A stretch of DNA of 64,000 bases from Gammaproteobacteria bacterium (GTDB taxonomy: Bacteria; Pseudomonadota; Gammaproteobacteria; JBCCGL01): assembly GCA_965277715.1 (NCBI GenBank), contig OZ255836.1, forward strand, positions 128,001 to 192,000, written 5' to 3'. The notes beneath the pieces were generated by a model that was given only the letters and a program-made list of their open reading frames with translations, searched no databases and was not told the DNA's origin. This document shows positions 9,026 through 18,049 of the stretch, piece by piece. Positions within the stretch are counted from its first letter, which is position 1. Each line of letters begins with the position of its first letter. The position numbers and the translations under genes were made by a program.

Positions 9026-9364
9026 TTATTGACCCCCGCCACCATAACCGTTGCCGTTACGACCAGCACCGGCATAGCCGCGGGGATTACTAAGGCCAGA
9101 GGGATCACCAAAACAATTATCTGATCCGAGAGCGCCGACTACACCACCGCTCACCCCGCCAGCCACCGCGCCTGATAAAGCACCAGGTCCGCACCCGACG
9201 CCACCAGCAAGCGAACCTGCGGCACAGCCACCGGCTGCACCACCAATGGCTCCCTGCGCAGCAGCTGTTCCAATGTCACCGGCGCAGCTTCCACCACCTC
9301 CACCGCCCCCACCAAAACTGGTGGGTTCAAAAAGATCATCAAAACGAACATTTTCTAATTTCAT
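9026..9364 (-). CDS. Glycine-rich microcin/glycine-zipper bacteriocin-like precursor peptide
   Basis: Charged 17-aa leader, Gly8, GxxxG repeats (GAIGGAAGG, GALSGAVAGGVSGGVVGALG), 4 Cys; strong RBS GAGGAG; embedded in an export/modification cluster. Confidence 0.8.
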   Translation of the reverse strand: MKLENVRFDDLFEPTSFGGGGGGGGSCAGDIGTAAAQGAIGGAAGGCAAGSLAGGVGCGPGALSGAVAGGVSGGVVGALGSDNCFGDPSGLSNPRGYAGAGRNGNGYGGGGQ

Positions 9365-9519
9365 TTACTCTACTCCTCAAAAATTACGAAGTGATTTGTA
9401 ATGCACCTCATTTAACTGGCCGAGAACAACCCGACCACCTTATTGAGTGTGATGGAAAAAACCACACTCAGCAATTGTCAACATTGCTGACAACTACATT
9501 CCTTACACTGAAGATATAT

Positions 9520-10656
9520 TTAATATCTCCAGAAATAACTGACCGACATGTTATGACTGTCAAGCGCATGCGCCTGATAAAACCAGCCAACGGGTTGAAT
9601 AAATAAATCACCAGGGTTCAGTATTATCGATAAGCATTTACTAGATTTCGACAATGGAAACAGTTGATAATCAGGTATCTCAGGTTTAAACCAACACGTC
9701 TGATAACTGTTATATCCCAGCATAGGGTAGAGCAGTTCTGATTGATCAGCTGAATATAAATCCAGTCGTTTACGCCCAATTACCTGACCCAGAAATTTGT
9801 GAAAGGGGTTGCGATGTAGATCTGATACTAGTAGGCGTGTCGGTATTATCCCCAACGATAACTTTGGAGGAGTGAAATCACCGTGATCAAAGTACGGTGG
9901 CCCAAAATCGGCAAACATTTCCACAGGCAAATTGACATTTTCGACATAAAGTTTCGAGAAAACATTGACCGCAACCTTCCGGGAGCTAGGTTTCAAACTC
10001 TTAAGCTCTTTGGCGAGTTCCCGAATAGTCTGCTGCGAAAACGTTGTGTGGAAGGGAATAACAACATCAGCATAGCGCTCAACTAAACATTCAAACGTCC
10101 AGTTCCTATATGGAACAATATTTTGTATTCCGTGAACTATCGTTGGCATACCTGCTTCCATCTGCTCTAGCACTTGCATTTGCGTTGGGCTTTCCAAATT
10201 AGTGGGCTGTTCAAGCTTTGCGTACCCCTTCAACATGTGTGTTTTTTCCGCACAACGCAGTCGCCTTTGCGTCTGTATCGACGGTCTCAAACAGGCTTTT
10301 GATAAATGTTTGACGAGATTAAGATCCCCCGAGAACTCCACTGCACCAACAATATCAGGCGCACACCAGTCAAAATACTCGCATTCATCAACAATTTGCC
10401 TGAGTGTTGTGATCGGCATACCAATCTCGGCTGCCACAGGAATACCCTGCTCCAGTTTCGACATAATACGCAGATGCTGCTGGTCAAATATGGCGAAAAA
10501 AGTGCTCTCAGGATATTCAAATATCCGAAACTGAACTGCCCCTCGTATACCGTAAGGGTTTTCAAAACCCTCCTGCAATAATTGGGCAAAAAGTGATATA
10601 GCTTCAACATTTGACTGCTGCACTTGTTCATGAGATAGATGACTCATGCATGACAC
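9520..10656 (-). CDS. SCP2-like + JmjC/cupin-8 domain protein
   Basis: C-terminal JmjC pattern (LHRNP..KFLGQVIGRKR, LNPGDLFIQPVGWF..SVSYFW); N-terminal region resembles the SCP2 lipid-binding fold (VEFSGDLNLV). Confidence 0.7.
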   Translation of the reverse strand: MSCMSHLSHEQVQQSNVEAISLFAQLLQEGFENPYGIRGAVQFRIFEYPESTFFAIFDQQHLRIMSKLEQGIPVAAEIGMPITTLRQIVDECEYFDWCAPDIVGAVEFSGDLNLVKHLSKACLRPSIQTQRRLRCAEKTHMLKGYAKLEQPTNLESPTQMQVLEQMEAGMPTIVHGIQNIVPYRNWTFECLVERYADVVIPFHTTFSQQTIRELAKELKSLKPSSRKVAVNVFSKLYVENVNLPVEMFADFGPPYFDHGDFTPPKLSLGIIPTRLLVSDLHRNPFHKFLGQVIGRKRLDLYSADQSELLYPMLGYNSYQTCWFKPEIPDYQLFPLSKSSKCLSIILNPGDLFIQPVGWFYQAHALDSHNMSVSYFWRY

Positions 10657-11093
10657 TCGCGGGAAAATGTACGAACTTTACTGCCTGTCCAGCGATTGAC
10701 CTTGCGCACTGAACCGTCTGAATTTCGGCGTAGGCTACTTGCAACCTGATTGGGGAATACGTTATTAGTCATGTCGCGTACGATGTCCTTGATGTTGCCG
10801 TGAGGCGTGATCCAGTCGTTAAAAAACAGCCTGTCACCACACTGCCATTCGCCACTGCAGAGTGAACGGCCCGTGATACAAATCGCTTGCTCAATACTGG
10901 TTGATAGCCACGCCCAGGTGACCATAGCGGTTGGCAAACCATCGCCATTTAAATAGATTCGTGCCTGATTAACGTTAAGCGCAGGCAATATTTCGGTGCG
11001 CATATACTTCCCTAGTTGAAATCGGCTGTGGTAACTGGATTGCGCCAGCAATTCGAGGGCATAGGCGGTGCTAGTGTAGTAGTCGAGGATCAC
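10644..11093 (-). CDS. HlyC-family toxin-activating acyltransferase
   Basis: QSSYH active-site motif, PTAMVTWAWLS, WQCGDRLFFNDWITPHG. Confidence 0.9.
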   Translation of the reverse strand: MILDYYTSTAYALELLAQSSYHSRFQLGKYMRTEILPALNVNQARIYLNGDGLPTAMVTWAWLSTSIEQAICITGRSLCSGEWQCGDRLFFNDWITPHGNIKDIVRDMTNNVFPNQVASSLRRNSDGSVRKVNRWTGSKVRTFSRECHA

Positions 11094-12250
11094 CAGATCA
11101 CCTGCTTTCTTTGTCCACCATGCCGATCAACAAACATTGCCGACACGACCTTGTTACCAAACTGTTTACGCAGTGATTTAAGCAAACTTAAATGATCACC
11201 GAATGGTGCCGATAGTTTTGTTACATATAATCTATCCTGCGGATATCCACCAACTTCCCAAGCTATATAGCCGACAGGTTTACCTTTGTCAAAATGGATA
11301 AAAATCCTATTTTCGAATAGTTTTTCGCGAGCACTCAAGTAGTATTCATATATGGTCTTTTCTGGCTCTCCATGTGCATAATCCGTATCCAGCAGCAACA
11401 TTGCACCCAAACGTCGATAAATTTCACAAGTAGATATATCACCCACTGATTGTAGGGGGAAGTCCGGCAAATAATTTTCCCGATTACAACTGATTGATGC
11501 ATAGGGAATTATATTGCCCAAAAGTTCACTTAAGGCTTGCCCCGTGTATAGAGACCAAAGACTGGCAGCGTTACATTCTCTGTTCAGAACAATCGCGGCA
11601 ACACGTGCTAAGGGATAGTTCCAACGATATAAGTAAGTTTTGCCCGCCGATTTTAGTGCACTACGCAAACATTGTGCATCATCCAACAGATAAGCCCTAT
11701 TATCCCTCTCCCAGACAATACACATACTAGCATATAGTGCAGGCTGGTCATTTTTGACATAATCCATTAGTGCCTGTTCACCAATAAATGCACAAATTTC
11801 ACGATCAACTGGTGAAGCTACTGCAATTGGAGACACAATAGACTGTACTGCATGCGAAAATTCATGCGCCAGATTGAGTAGATCTCTTGCACTACCTCGA
11901 TAAGGGCAATAAATACGGGGGCGAGAAGTATCCGAATGATCAGTAAAAGGCTGCTTTATCACAGTAGCCTCACAACCGTATTCAACCAATGTCGAAGATT
12001 GCACATTTTGAATAGCTGCCGATTGATGTGGAAACCGTGCCGCAAGCGTAGTTGCCACAAAATCCAAAGCATCCGGCATGCGAATATTGGTAAGCTGAGC
12101 TGTGTTTTGAGTACTATAGTTTTCTTTTTCCTGCTCTTGAACGAGGCTCGCTGCTTCCGCTAGAAGATCCACACAATCTAGAACACTCAAACCCGTAAGC
12201 GACAACCAATCCTCAAGTGTAAATCGCTTTCCGTTATTTTCATCATTCAT
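11090..12250 (-). CDS. HEXXH metallopeptidase-like domain fused to a degenerate HlyC-like domain
   Basis: LAHEFSHAVQ with downstream EICAFIGE; C-terminus GKPVGYIAW...DRLYVTKLSAPFGD matches the HlyC pattern. Confidence 0.65.
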   Translation of the reverse strand: MNDENNGKRFTLEDWLSLTGLSVLDCVDLLAEAASLVQEQEKENYSTQNTAQLTNIRMPDALDFVATTLAARFPHQSAAIQNVQSSTLVEYGCEATVIKQPFTDHSDTSRPRIYCPYRGSARDLLNLAHEFSHAVQSIVSPIAVASPVDREICAFIGEQALMDYVKNDQPALYASMCIVWERDNRAYLLDDAQCLRSALKSAGKTYLYRWNYPLARVAAIVLNRECNAASLWSLYTGQALSELLGNIIPYASISCNRENYLPDFPLQSVGDISTCEIYRRLGAMLLLDTDYAHGEPEKTIYEYYLSAREKLFENRIFIHFDKGKPVGYIAWEVGGYPQDRLYVTKLSAPFGDHLSLLKSLRKQFGNKVVSAMFVDRHGGQRKQVIW

Positions 12251-12735
12251 AGCAATCCTAACTTCACTAAAATTCCAAATAAACCTTCCCCAAAATATTA
12301 GATTCGTTAATCGATTTTGTCAACAGTCAGTTTTGTTTAATAGCAATTTTCACAGAAAAATAAATTTAAATAATTGATTTTATGAGATAATTTTTTAACG
12401 CAACAACAAAATCAACAGTTTATACGATCATGGCGTGTCAAAAAAACAGCTTGACGGTTTTAGCCTATCTTTGACAATTTATGCCTTATTTATTCACATT
12501 ACTATGCATGCTAGTTGGTTCCTGTGGGTTAAAGGGTGCTTGTGCTGGCAACAAATAACCTACCATAGAACCAGCTTTTTTTGTAATTACTTCAAATGCT
12601 TACAGCATAAGGAAGTGCCATTCGAGTATGAGATCATGATTACAAATCACTAGGAAATAATGAGGTAATTATTCCTTGCAGATCATATAAAATACCACTG
12701 CTGTCCCGTTAAGAGGAAATAAAGAGATCTGAATA

Positions 12736-12944
12736 GAATGGCACTTCCTTATGCTGTAAGTATTTGAAAGTATTGGTATTATGTGCTTGGTTCAGATAAC
12801 TTGGCATATGGTTCTTGAAAGCAATATTTGTAAAACTATCCCGGTTATCATTGGCGGCAACTTTCAAAATATCATTTTTGTTTCTTAGAAAAAATAAATA
12901 AACTCTTTACTATCAGTTGCTTACGCCTTAAGGAAGTGCCATTC
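12736..12944. mobile_element. MITE-like non-autonomous IS4-family derivative
   Basis: 16-bp TIRs GAATGGCACTTCCTTA / TAAGGAAGTGCCATTC; 11-bp flanking repeat agatctgaata / aggtctgaata; another related end at ~12588-12623. Confidence 0.75.
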
Positions 12945-12955
12945 AGGTCTGAATA

Positions 12956-14484
12956 CAATACCGCTACCTCAGGTTTAACCCAATGAATCTTTTAGCCTCT
13001 GAGAGGCCTTGATACGAGGTTCAGTTAACAGTGGGTAGGCTTTTGGTCGTCGTTTAATTGCCCTTGGTTGGGGTGATCGTTTTCTCCTGCCAATTAACGT
13101 TGAAGCGATTATCCTTAATAAGGAAGTGTACGCTTTTTGTATCATACTGGATGTTGAATGGATGAATTTAATATGAGCAATACCCAGTAGCTGTACCGTT
13201 GCCTTAAAACTTATTTGACGTGCTACTTCACCCTCTGTTTTTGCTGACTCTGCCATGCTACCCCGAATCAGGTTATAAGCCATAAAGGTTGTTGCTATTT
13301 CTTTTTCAACCATATCGGGTGAATGGCATCGCAACATATCCATTTTCAAATCTATTTTAATTGTACGAAAATCCAATTCAACTTTCCAACGTTCCTTATA
13401 CAGTGTTGAAAGCTCTTTCTTAGGGTAAGTATCAACCTCCAACAAAGTGCTAACATAGACTGTCCCATCCACTGAAAATTCTCGAACTGTCAGTGTTTTC
13501 GGCAATAGATCAAAGTCTGATTGCGACATCCAAACCGGTTTTCTTTTAGGTTTTTCCCACTCGATAAGATGATCTTTTGCACCAAGCGTTAACCCTGTTT
13601 TGTAATCCGCTTTCTTTTGTGCGTGATTCATTGAGACGAATGCAACCCCTTTCGATTGTAGAGCCGCTAAGACAGCATAAGTACAGTAATAGCGGTCTGC
13701 CAGTAACAGATCATTGGCGGTTAATGACGTCATCAGGGTACTGAATAATGACATTTCCCCTGTTCCCTTTCCTTGATACTCTCCCATTGCATAATCAATA
13801 ATAGCGCCAGAACTTAAAGAAATGAGTCCGACTATTCGAGCAATAGGAAAACCTAAACCCGGTTTTTGAGTCTGTTGCTGGGGGTATTTATGTTGATTTT
13901 TCTGGGTATCAGGCATGAGAACAGTGGTTCCATCCACAAGCACCACATTATACCCTTTCCATGTCCAAATTTTACCTGCTCTGGCATGTAACGTTGAACC
14001 GATTGAACGTACCTCCTGAAGTACCCACGACAGAGATAAACGTTGACGGGCTTTACAGTAAGGACCGCTATTAAAAGAACTTGGAAGCAGGTTTTCATGT
14101 AAACGATCAACTAGCAGACGGGCGACTGTTTCTTTACAACTGCCATTATCACTTAACACCTGCCAGAGAAATAAACGCAGTGTAACAAGTGGGGTGAATA
14201 CCCGGTCTCGATAGCTGCCCGATAGTTCGCTTAGGTCGTTTAGACGCTTGGAACAGAGTAAATTATTAAAGTCTCCTGTGTTTAACTGAAAAAAAACACG
14301 TTTGATCGTTTTAATTTGCTGTCGGATAGTGAATTTCATAGAATAGGTCAGCGTTAGGTTTTTTGGCGAAGTACTTGTGTGTTTTGTCGCTTACAAGGAT
14401 ACTTCAAAAGGAAACCTAACGTTACCCATCTATATGACTTTTAACGTTATTTTAGTTCTTCACCAAGCTGAGGTAGCGGTATTG
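12956..14484 (-). mobile_element. IS4-family insertion sequence (complete)
   Basis: 17-bp TIRs CAATACCGCTACCTCAG / CTGAGGTAGCGGTATTG flanking a DDE transposase. Confidence 0.9.
12975..14339 (-). CDS. IS4-family DDE transposase
   Basis: VDGTT, LADRYY, YKERWKVELDFR (YREK-type motif). Confidence 0.92.
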   Translation of the reverse strand: MKFTIRQQIKTIKRVFFQLNTGDFNNLLCSKRLNDLSELSGSYRDRVFTPLVTLRLFLWQVLSDNGSCKETVARLLVDRLHENLLPSSFNSGPYCKARQRLSLSWVLQEVRSIGSTLHARAGKIWTWKGYNVVLVDGTTVLMPDTQKNQHKYPQQQTQKPGLGFPIARIVGLISLSSGAIIDYAMGEYQGKGTGEMSLFSTLMTSLTANDLLLADRYYCTYAVLAALQSKGVAFVSMNHAQKKADYKTGLTLGAKDHLIEWEKPKRKPVWMSQSDFDLLPKTLTVREFSVDGTVYVSTLLEVDTYPKKELSTLYKERWKVELDFRTIKIDLKMDMLRCHSPDMVEKEIATTFMAYNLIRGSMAESAKTEGEVARQISFKATVQLLGIAHIKFIHSTSSMIQKAYTSLLRIIASTLIGRRKRSPQPRAIKRRPKAYPLLTEPRIKASQRLKDSLG

Positions 14485-14497
14485 GGGTCGGGGCCGA

Positions 14498-15202
14498 ATG
14501 CTTATTCATAAAAAAAGTGACTACGATATTCTTGCTATTACCCGCAACGAGTACATCGCCAAAGATGTCACGCTTTGGCACAAGATCAAAGATGAATGCA
14601 CCAAGCTGAACGTCAGCGCCTATGTTCGCATTCTCGCCCGTGATATTGAGTTTATTAATTACAAGCTTCATCAGGGACAGTACTTTTTTACCGAGATCAT
14701 ACAACAGGGTATCGCGCTTTATGACAGTGGAAATGTAGAGCTGGATGAAAAGCGACCGCTTGACCCTGCTGAAGAAAAGCGGATCATTCAAGCGGATTTG
14801 GATGAGGCTTTTTCAGCCGCTAAAGAATTTTATGAAGGCTGCGAATGGAATATGACAAAAGAGTACTTCAAGAGAGCTGCTTTCAATCTTCATCAGGCGT
14901 GTGAACATGCCTACAAAACTATTCTGCTGATTTTTGCAGGAGAAAGCCCACAAGAACACCATCTGAATGTTTTGGGCGATATGGCGGCAGACTACTGCCC
15001 AGATTTAGTTGGTGTAATACCCCGTGAAACCCCCGAACAAAAAGCGCTGTTTGAATTGTTGGACTATGCGTATATTGGTGCTCGTTATGATCGGAGTTAT
15101 AAAATTACCCAAGAGCAGTTGGCAGTTTTGATTCCCTGTGTGAAAAAACTGCATGAAGTGGTCGAGAAATGTAGTAGTGAGCGTATGGCGGGTTTTTGTT
15201 GA
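14498..15202 (+). pseudogene. Nucleotidyltransferase-HEPN fusion, 5' truncated by the IS
   Basis: Paralogous to 33814..34677 (SDYDIL, LLDYAYIGARYD) but lacks the FGSYARG N-terminus; begins 13 bp after the IS end. Confidence 0.7.
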
Positions 15203-15223
15203 TATATTGTCGATTGCATTTAT

Positions 15224-15943
15224 TTAATCTTTCAGCCAATCCGCATATGCCTCGACATCAATCATTGGTACCGTCCCGGCCATTTGTAATTGGGAGATCA
15301 GGCGAAATAGAAAACCCGTAGCTGCTGTTCTATCAGTATTGATCTGATATTTATCTGTTTTTTGATTCAAATAAAAAAAACCGTGTGAAGCAATACAGCC
15401 TAAATCAAGGTGTCCGCCCTCACTAGAACTGAGCGATTTGTCAAAGGAGTCACCGAATGGCGGTTTCCACTCAGATTCAAAAGTCAGCATCCCACCCAAG
15501 ATGTGGAACGGTTTTTTTGCCGGATATTTACCTCCAGCGTGTGGGATGGGTAAACTTGTTCGCTTCAGCCTACGAACGCTTGCAATTTTTTCCCGAGAAT
15601 AAGCGACGAGGCTTGCATTCATTGTCTGCTTGGCTTCAAAAACACCGTATACACTCTCAGCAGGGATGACCGTTGAGCCTTTGAATTTTTGAATAAATGG
15701 TGAGTATTGGCGATCAAAGATCACGACATCTATCTGATCGCTAAAGGTTCCCTCGCTATCTACAACGTGAGCTTTCTTTGCGTGATACCTAGCCGGAAGG
15801 TATTCCTGAAGCAACTCAAGCCAGACGCCTTCACTAGCATCTCCTTTCTCTGAAGGATGACCAATGCCCCTAGCTCGACACAACTGCCCCTGAATGTCGC
15901 TGTGCAGATGACCCAAGATTGTTTTGAGATTCCACTCTGTCAT
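15224..15943 (-). CDS. nucC: NucC cyclic-oligonucleotide-activated endonuclease
   Basis: Close match to the NucC sequence as I recall it: HPSEKGDASEGVW, QIDVVIFDRQYSPFI, PAESVYGVFEAKQ, RTSLPIPHAGG, GTVPMID. Confidence 0.9.
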   Translation of the reverse strand: MTEWNLKTILGHLHSDIQGQLCRARGIGHPSEKGDASEGVWLELLQEYLPARYHAKKAHVVDSEGTFSDQIDVVIFDRQYSPFIQKFKGSTVIPAESVYGVFEAKQTMNASLVAYSREKIASVRRLKRTSLPIPHAGGKYPAKKPFHILGGMLTFESEWKPPFGDSFDKSLSSSEGGHLDLGCIASHGFFYLNQKTDKYQINTDRTAATGFLFRLISQLQMAGTVPMIDVEAYADWLKD

Positions 15944-16235
15944 ACTGGCATGTCCTCTATTTTCTTTTCAATACGTATGGGTTGCGGGCTAGTAAATATC
16001 TAAATGGGGTGTGAAGTATGAAATCCCACTCAAATGCTACCACCGTCAGCGAAAATGGGAAGCATGACATTTTACCTAATAAGACCTAAATAATGGGCTT
16101 ATTTTAGCTTGTTTTGACCGGCTCTTTCCATAATCACTGTACGCCAGTATCAACAGGGATAGCTGTCGAGTCAGGTACGTTTTTGCACATGGCTTAGCGC
16201 CAATCCGGCCAACAGTGCCAGGCCCATCATCCTCA

Positions 16236-17990
16236 TTAATCCACATCACTGGTGACGCGAATCACTTCGTCGATGGTGGTGACGCCCTGCTGTGCCATGT
16301 GCAGGGCACGACGCGACAGGTTGGTGTAGTCCTGCTGTTGTCCGATGGCGTGGGTGAACCTGCGCAGGTCATCGTTGCGCAGCGCGACTTTGGCGTCGTG
16401 GCCGAGGATTAACAGTTCGTAGGTGCCGGTTCGACCGTCGAATCCGCTATTGTTACAGCGTGGGCAACCGTCGCCACGAAAAAACGACAGGGTGTTGCTG
16501 TCCAGATCGGGGAACAGGGTTTCCAGCCACACGTGCTGGGCATCCTCAATGCTGTGCGGTACTCGGCACTTTTCACAAATGCGGCGCACCAGGCGCTGCG
16601 CCAGAATACCGGAGAGCGAGGTCGCCAGCAGGTATCCTTTGGCGCCAATGTCGATCAGGCGGGCGATGGTACTGGCGGCACTGTTGGTGTGCAGGGTGGA
16701 CATCACCAGGTGCCCGGTGATCGATGCGCGCACGCCTATCTCGGCAGTTTCCAGGTCGTGCATTTCACCGATCAGGAGCACATCCGGGTCCTGGCGTAGC
16801 GCGGTACGCAGCACCCGTGAAAATGTCAGGCCAATTTTTTCGTTGATCTGCACCTGATTGATCCGCGCCATTTGGTTTTCGATGGGATCTTCGACAGTAA
16901 TGATTTTTCGATCCGGTGTGTTCAATTCCTGTAGGCAGGAATACAGGGTGGTGGTTTTACCGCTGCCCGTTGGCCCGGTGACCAATATCAGGCCGTGGGG
17001 TTGATTGATCAGACGGCGGAGTTTTTTGATCATACCCGTGGGTATGCCGAGCTGATCCAGCGTCAGTTGCCCGGCGGTTTGGTCGAGCAGCCGCATGACC
17101 ACTGATTCACCGTGCTGCACGGGCATGGTTGAGAGCCGCACATCGAGGTTGTGGCGTTTTACTTTGATATGGAAACGGCCATCCTGTGGCAGGCGCTTTT
17201 CTGCAATATCCAGTTGCGCGAGGATTTTCAGGCGTTGTACCAGCGCCGGGGCAATGCGTGTTTCACTGACAATGTGTTCATTCAGTATGCCATCGACGCG
17301 TTGGCGTAGGCGCAATACCTGCTCGTCTGGCTCGATATGAATATCGGAGGCGCCCGCGTGTACGGCGTCTTCAAACATGGATTGCAGCAGTCGGAATACC
17401 GGGGTTTCAGAGGTTTTGGCACTGCGTATCAGCTCGTCGAGGTCGAGCTTGATACCACTGGCAGATAACTGCTCGTCGAGTGCTTCAGCGAGGCTGTCGA
17501 TTTCCTCTGTGCGCCGGTAAACGCTGTCGATACTGTGCAAAACATCGGTTTCGCGCACCACTGCCTGGTGCACACGGCGCTTTAGCTGGCGGCTGATTTC
17601 ATCAAAGGCGTACAGGTTGGTGGGGTCGGCCATGCCCACCAGCGCCTGTGTGTCATCCATCTCCAGCACCAGGGCGCGGAAGCGGCGCGCCGTGCTCTCG
17701 GGCAGTTTTTTGACGGTTCCGGTATCGAGCTTGTAATCGACCAGTTCTATAAACGGTATTTTGAGCTGCTGCGAGAGAAAATTGAGCAGATGGGTTTCCT
17801 GGATAATACCCAGTTCGATCAGTGTGTTACCGAGTTTGTTGCCGGTTTTTTCCTGCTCGACGAGGGCGCTTTGCAGTTGTGTCTGTGAAATGATTTCGTT
17901 CTGCACCAGCATATCGCCAAGGCGCAGTTTCTTTGCCAGTGGGGCTGTTTTTCCGTGGGTAATTAAACCGGGCGTTATTTCAGAGGTCAT
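16236..17990 (-). CDS. mshE: MshE/PilB/GspE-family extension ATPase with MshEN domain
   Basis: RLGDMLV...KLGNTL MshEN repeats; ASDIHIEP, GPTGSGKTTT, LRQDPD, TGHLVMSTLH, Cys tetrad. Confidence 0.8.
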   Translation of the reverse strand: MTSEITPGLITHGKTAPLAKKLRLGDMLVQNEIISQTQLQSALVEQEKTGNKLGNTLIELGIIQETHLLNFLSQQLKIPFIELVDYKLDTGTVKKLPESTARRFRALVLEMDDTQALVGMADPTNLYAFDEISRQLKRRVHQAVVRETDVLHSIDSVYRRTEEIDSLAEALDEQLSASGIKLDLDELIRSAKTSETPVFRLLQSMFEDAVHAGASDIHIEPDEQVLRLRQRVDGILNEHIVSETRIAPALVQRLKILAQLDIAEKRLPQDGRFHIKVKRHNLDVRLSTMPVQHGESVVMRLLDQTAGQLTLDQLGIPTGMIKKLRRLINQPHGLILVTGPTGSGKTTTLYSCLQELNTPDRKIITVEDPIENQMARINQVQINEKIGLTFSRVLRTALRQDPDVLLIGEMHDLETAEIGVRASITGHLVMSTLHTNSAASTIARLIDIGAKGYLLATSLSGILAQRLVRRICEKCRVPHSIEDAQHVWLETLFPDLDSNTLSFFRGDGCPRCNNSGFDGRTGTYELLILGHDAKVALRNDDLRRFTHAIGQQQDYTNLSRRALHMAQQGVTTIDEVIRVTSDVD

Positions 17991-18049
17991 GGCGTTATGC
18001 TTTTGATCGTGGTGTTTATGGCGTCTACACGCCGCTGTGCGTGGCGGCG

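Noticed and set aside
9026-9364. Microcin B17-like azole precursor (Gly run plus Ser/Cys)
   Set aside because: No YcaO cyclodehydratase or dehydrogenase in the cluster.
10644-11093. Classical RTX toxin operon
   Set aside because: No large protein with GGxGxD repeats in the window; cannot exclude one beyond position 1.
14498-15943. HEPN-MNT plus NucC as one operon
   Set aside because: The genes are convergent and the nucleotidyltransferase domain is truncated; it is not a CD-NTase.
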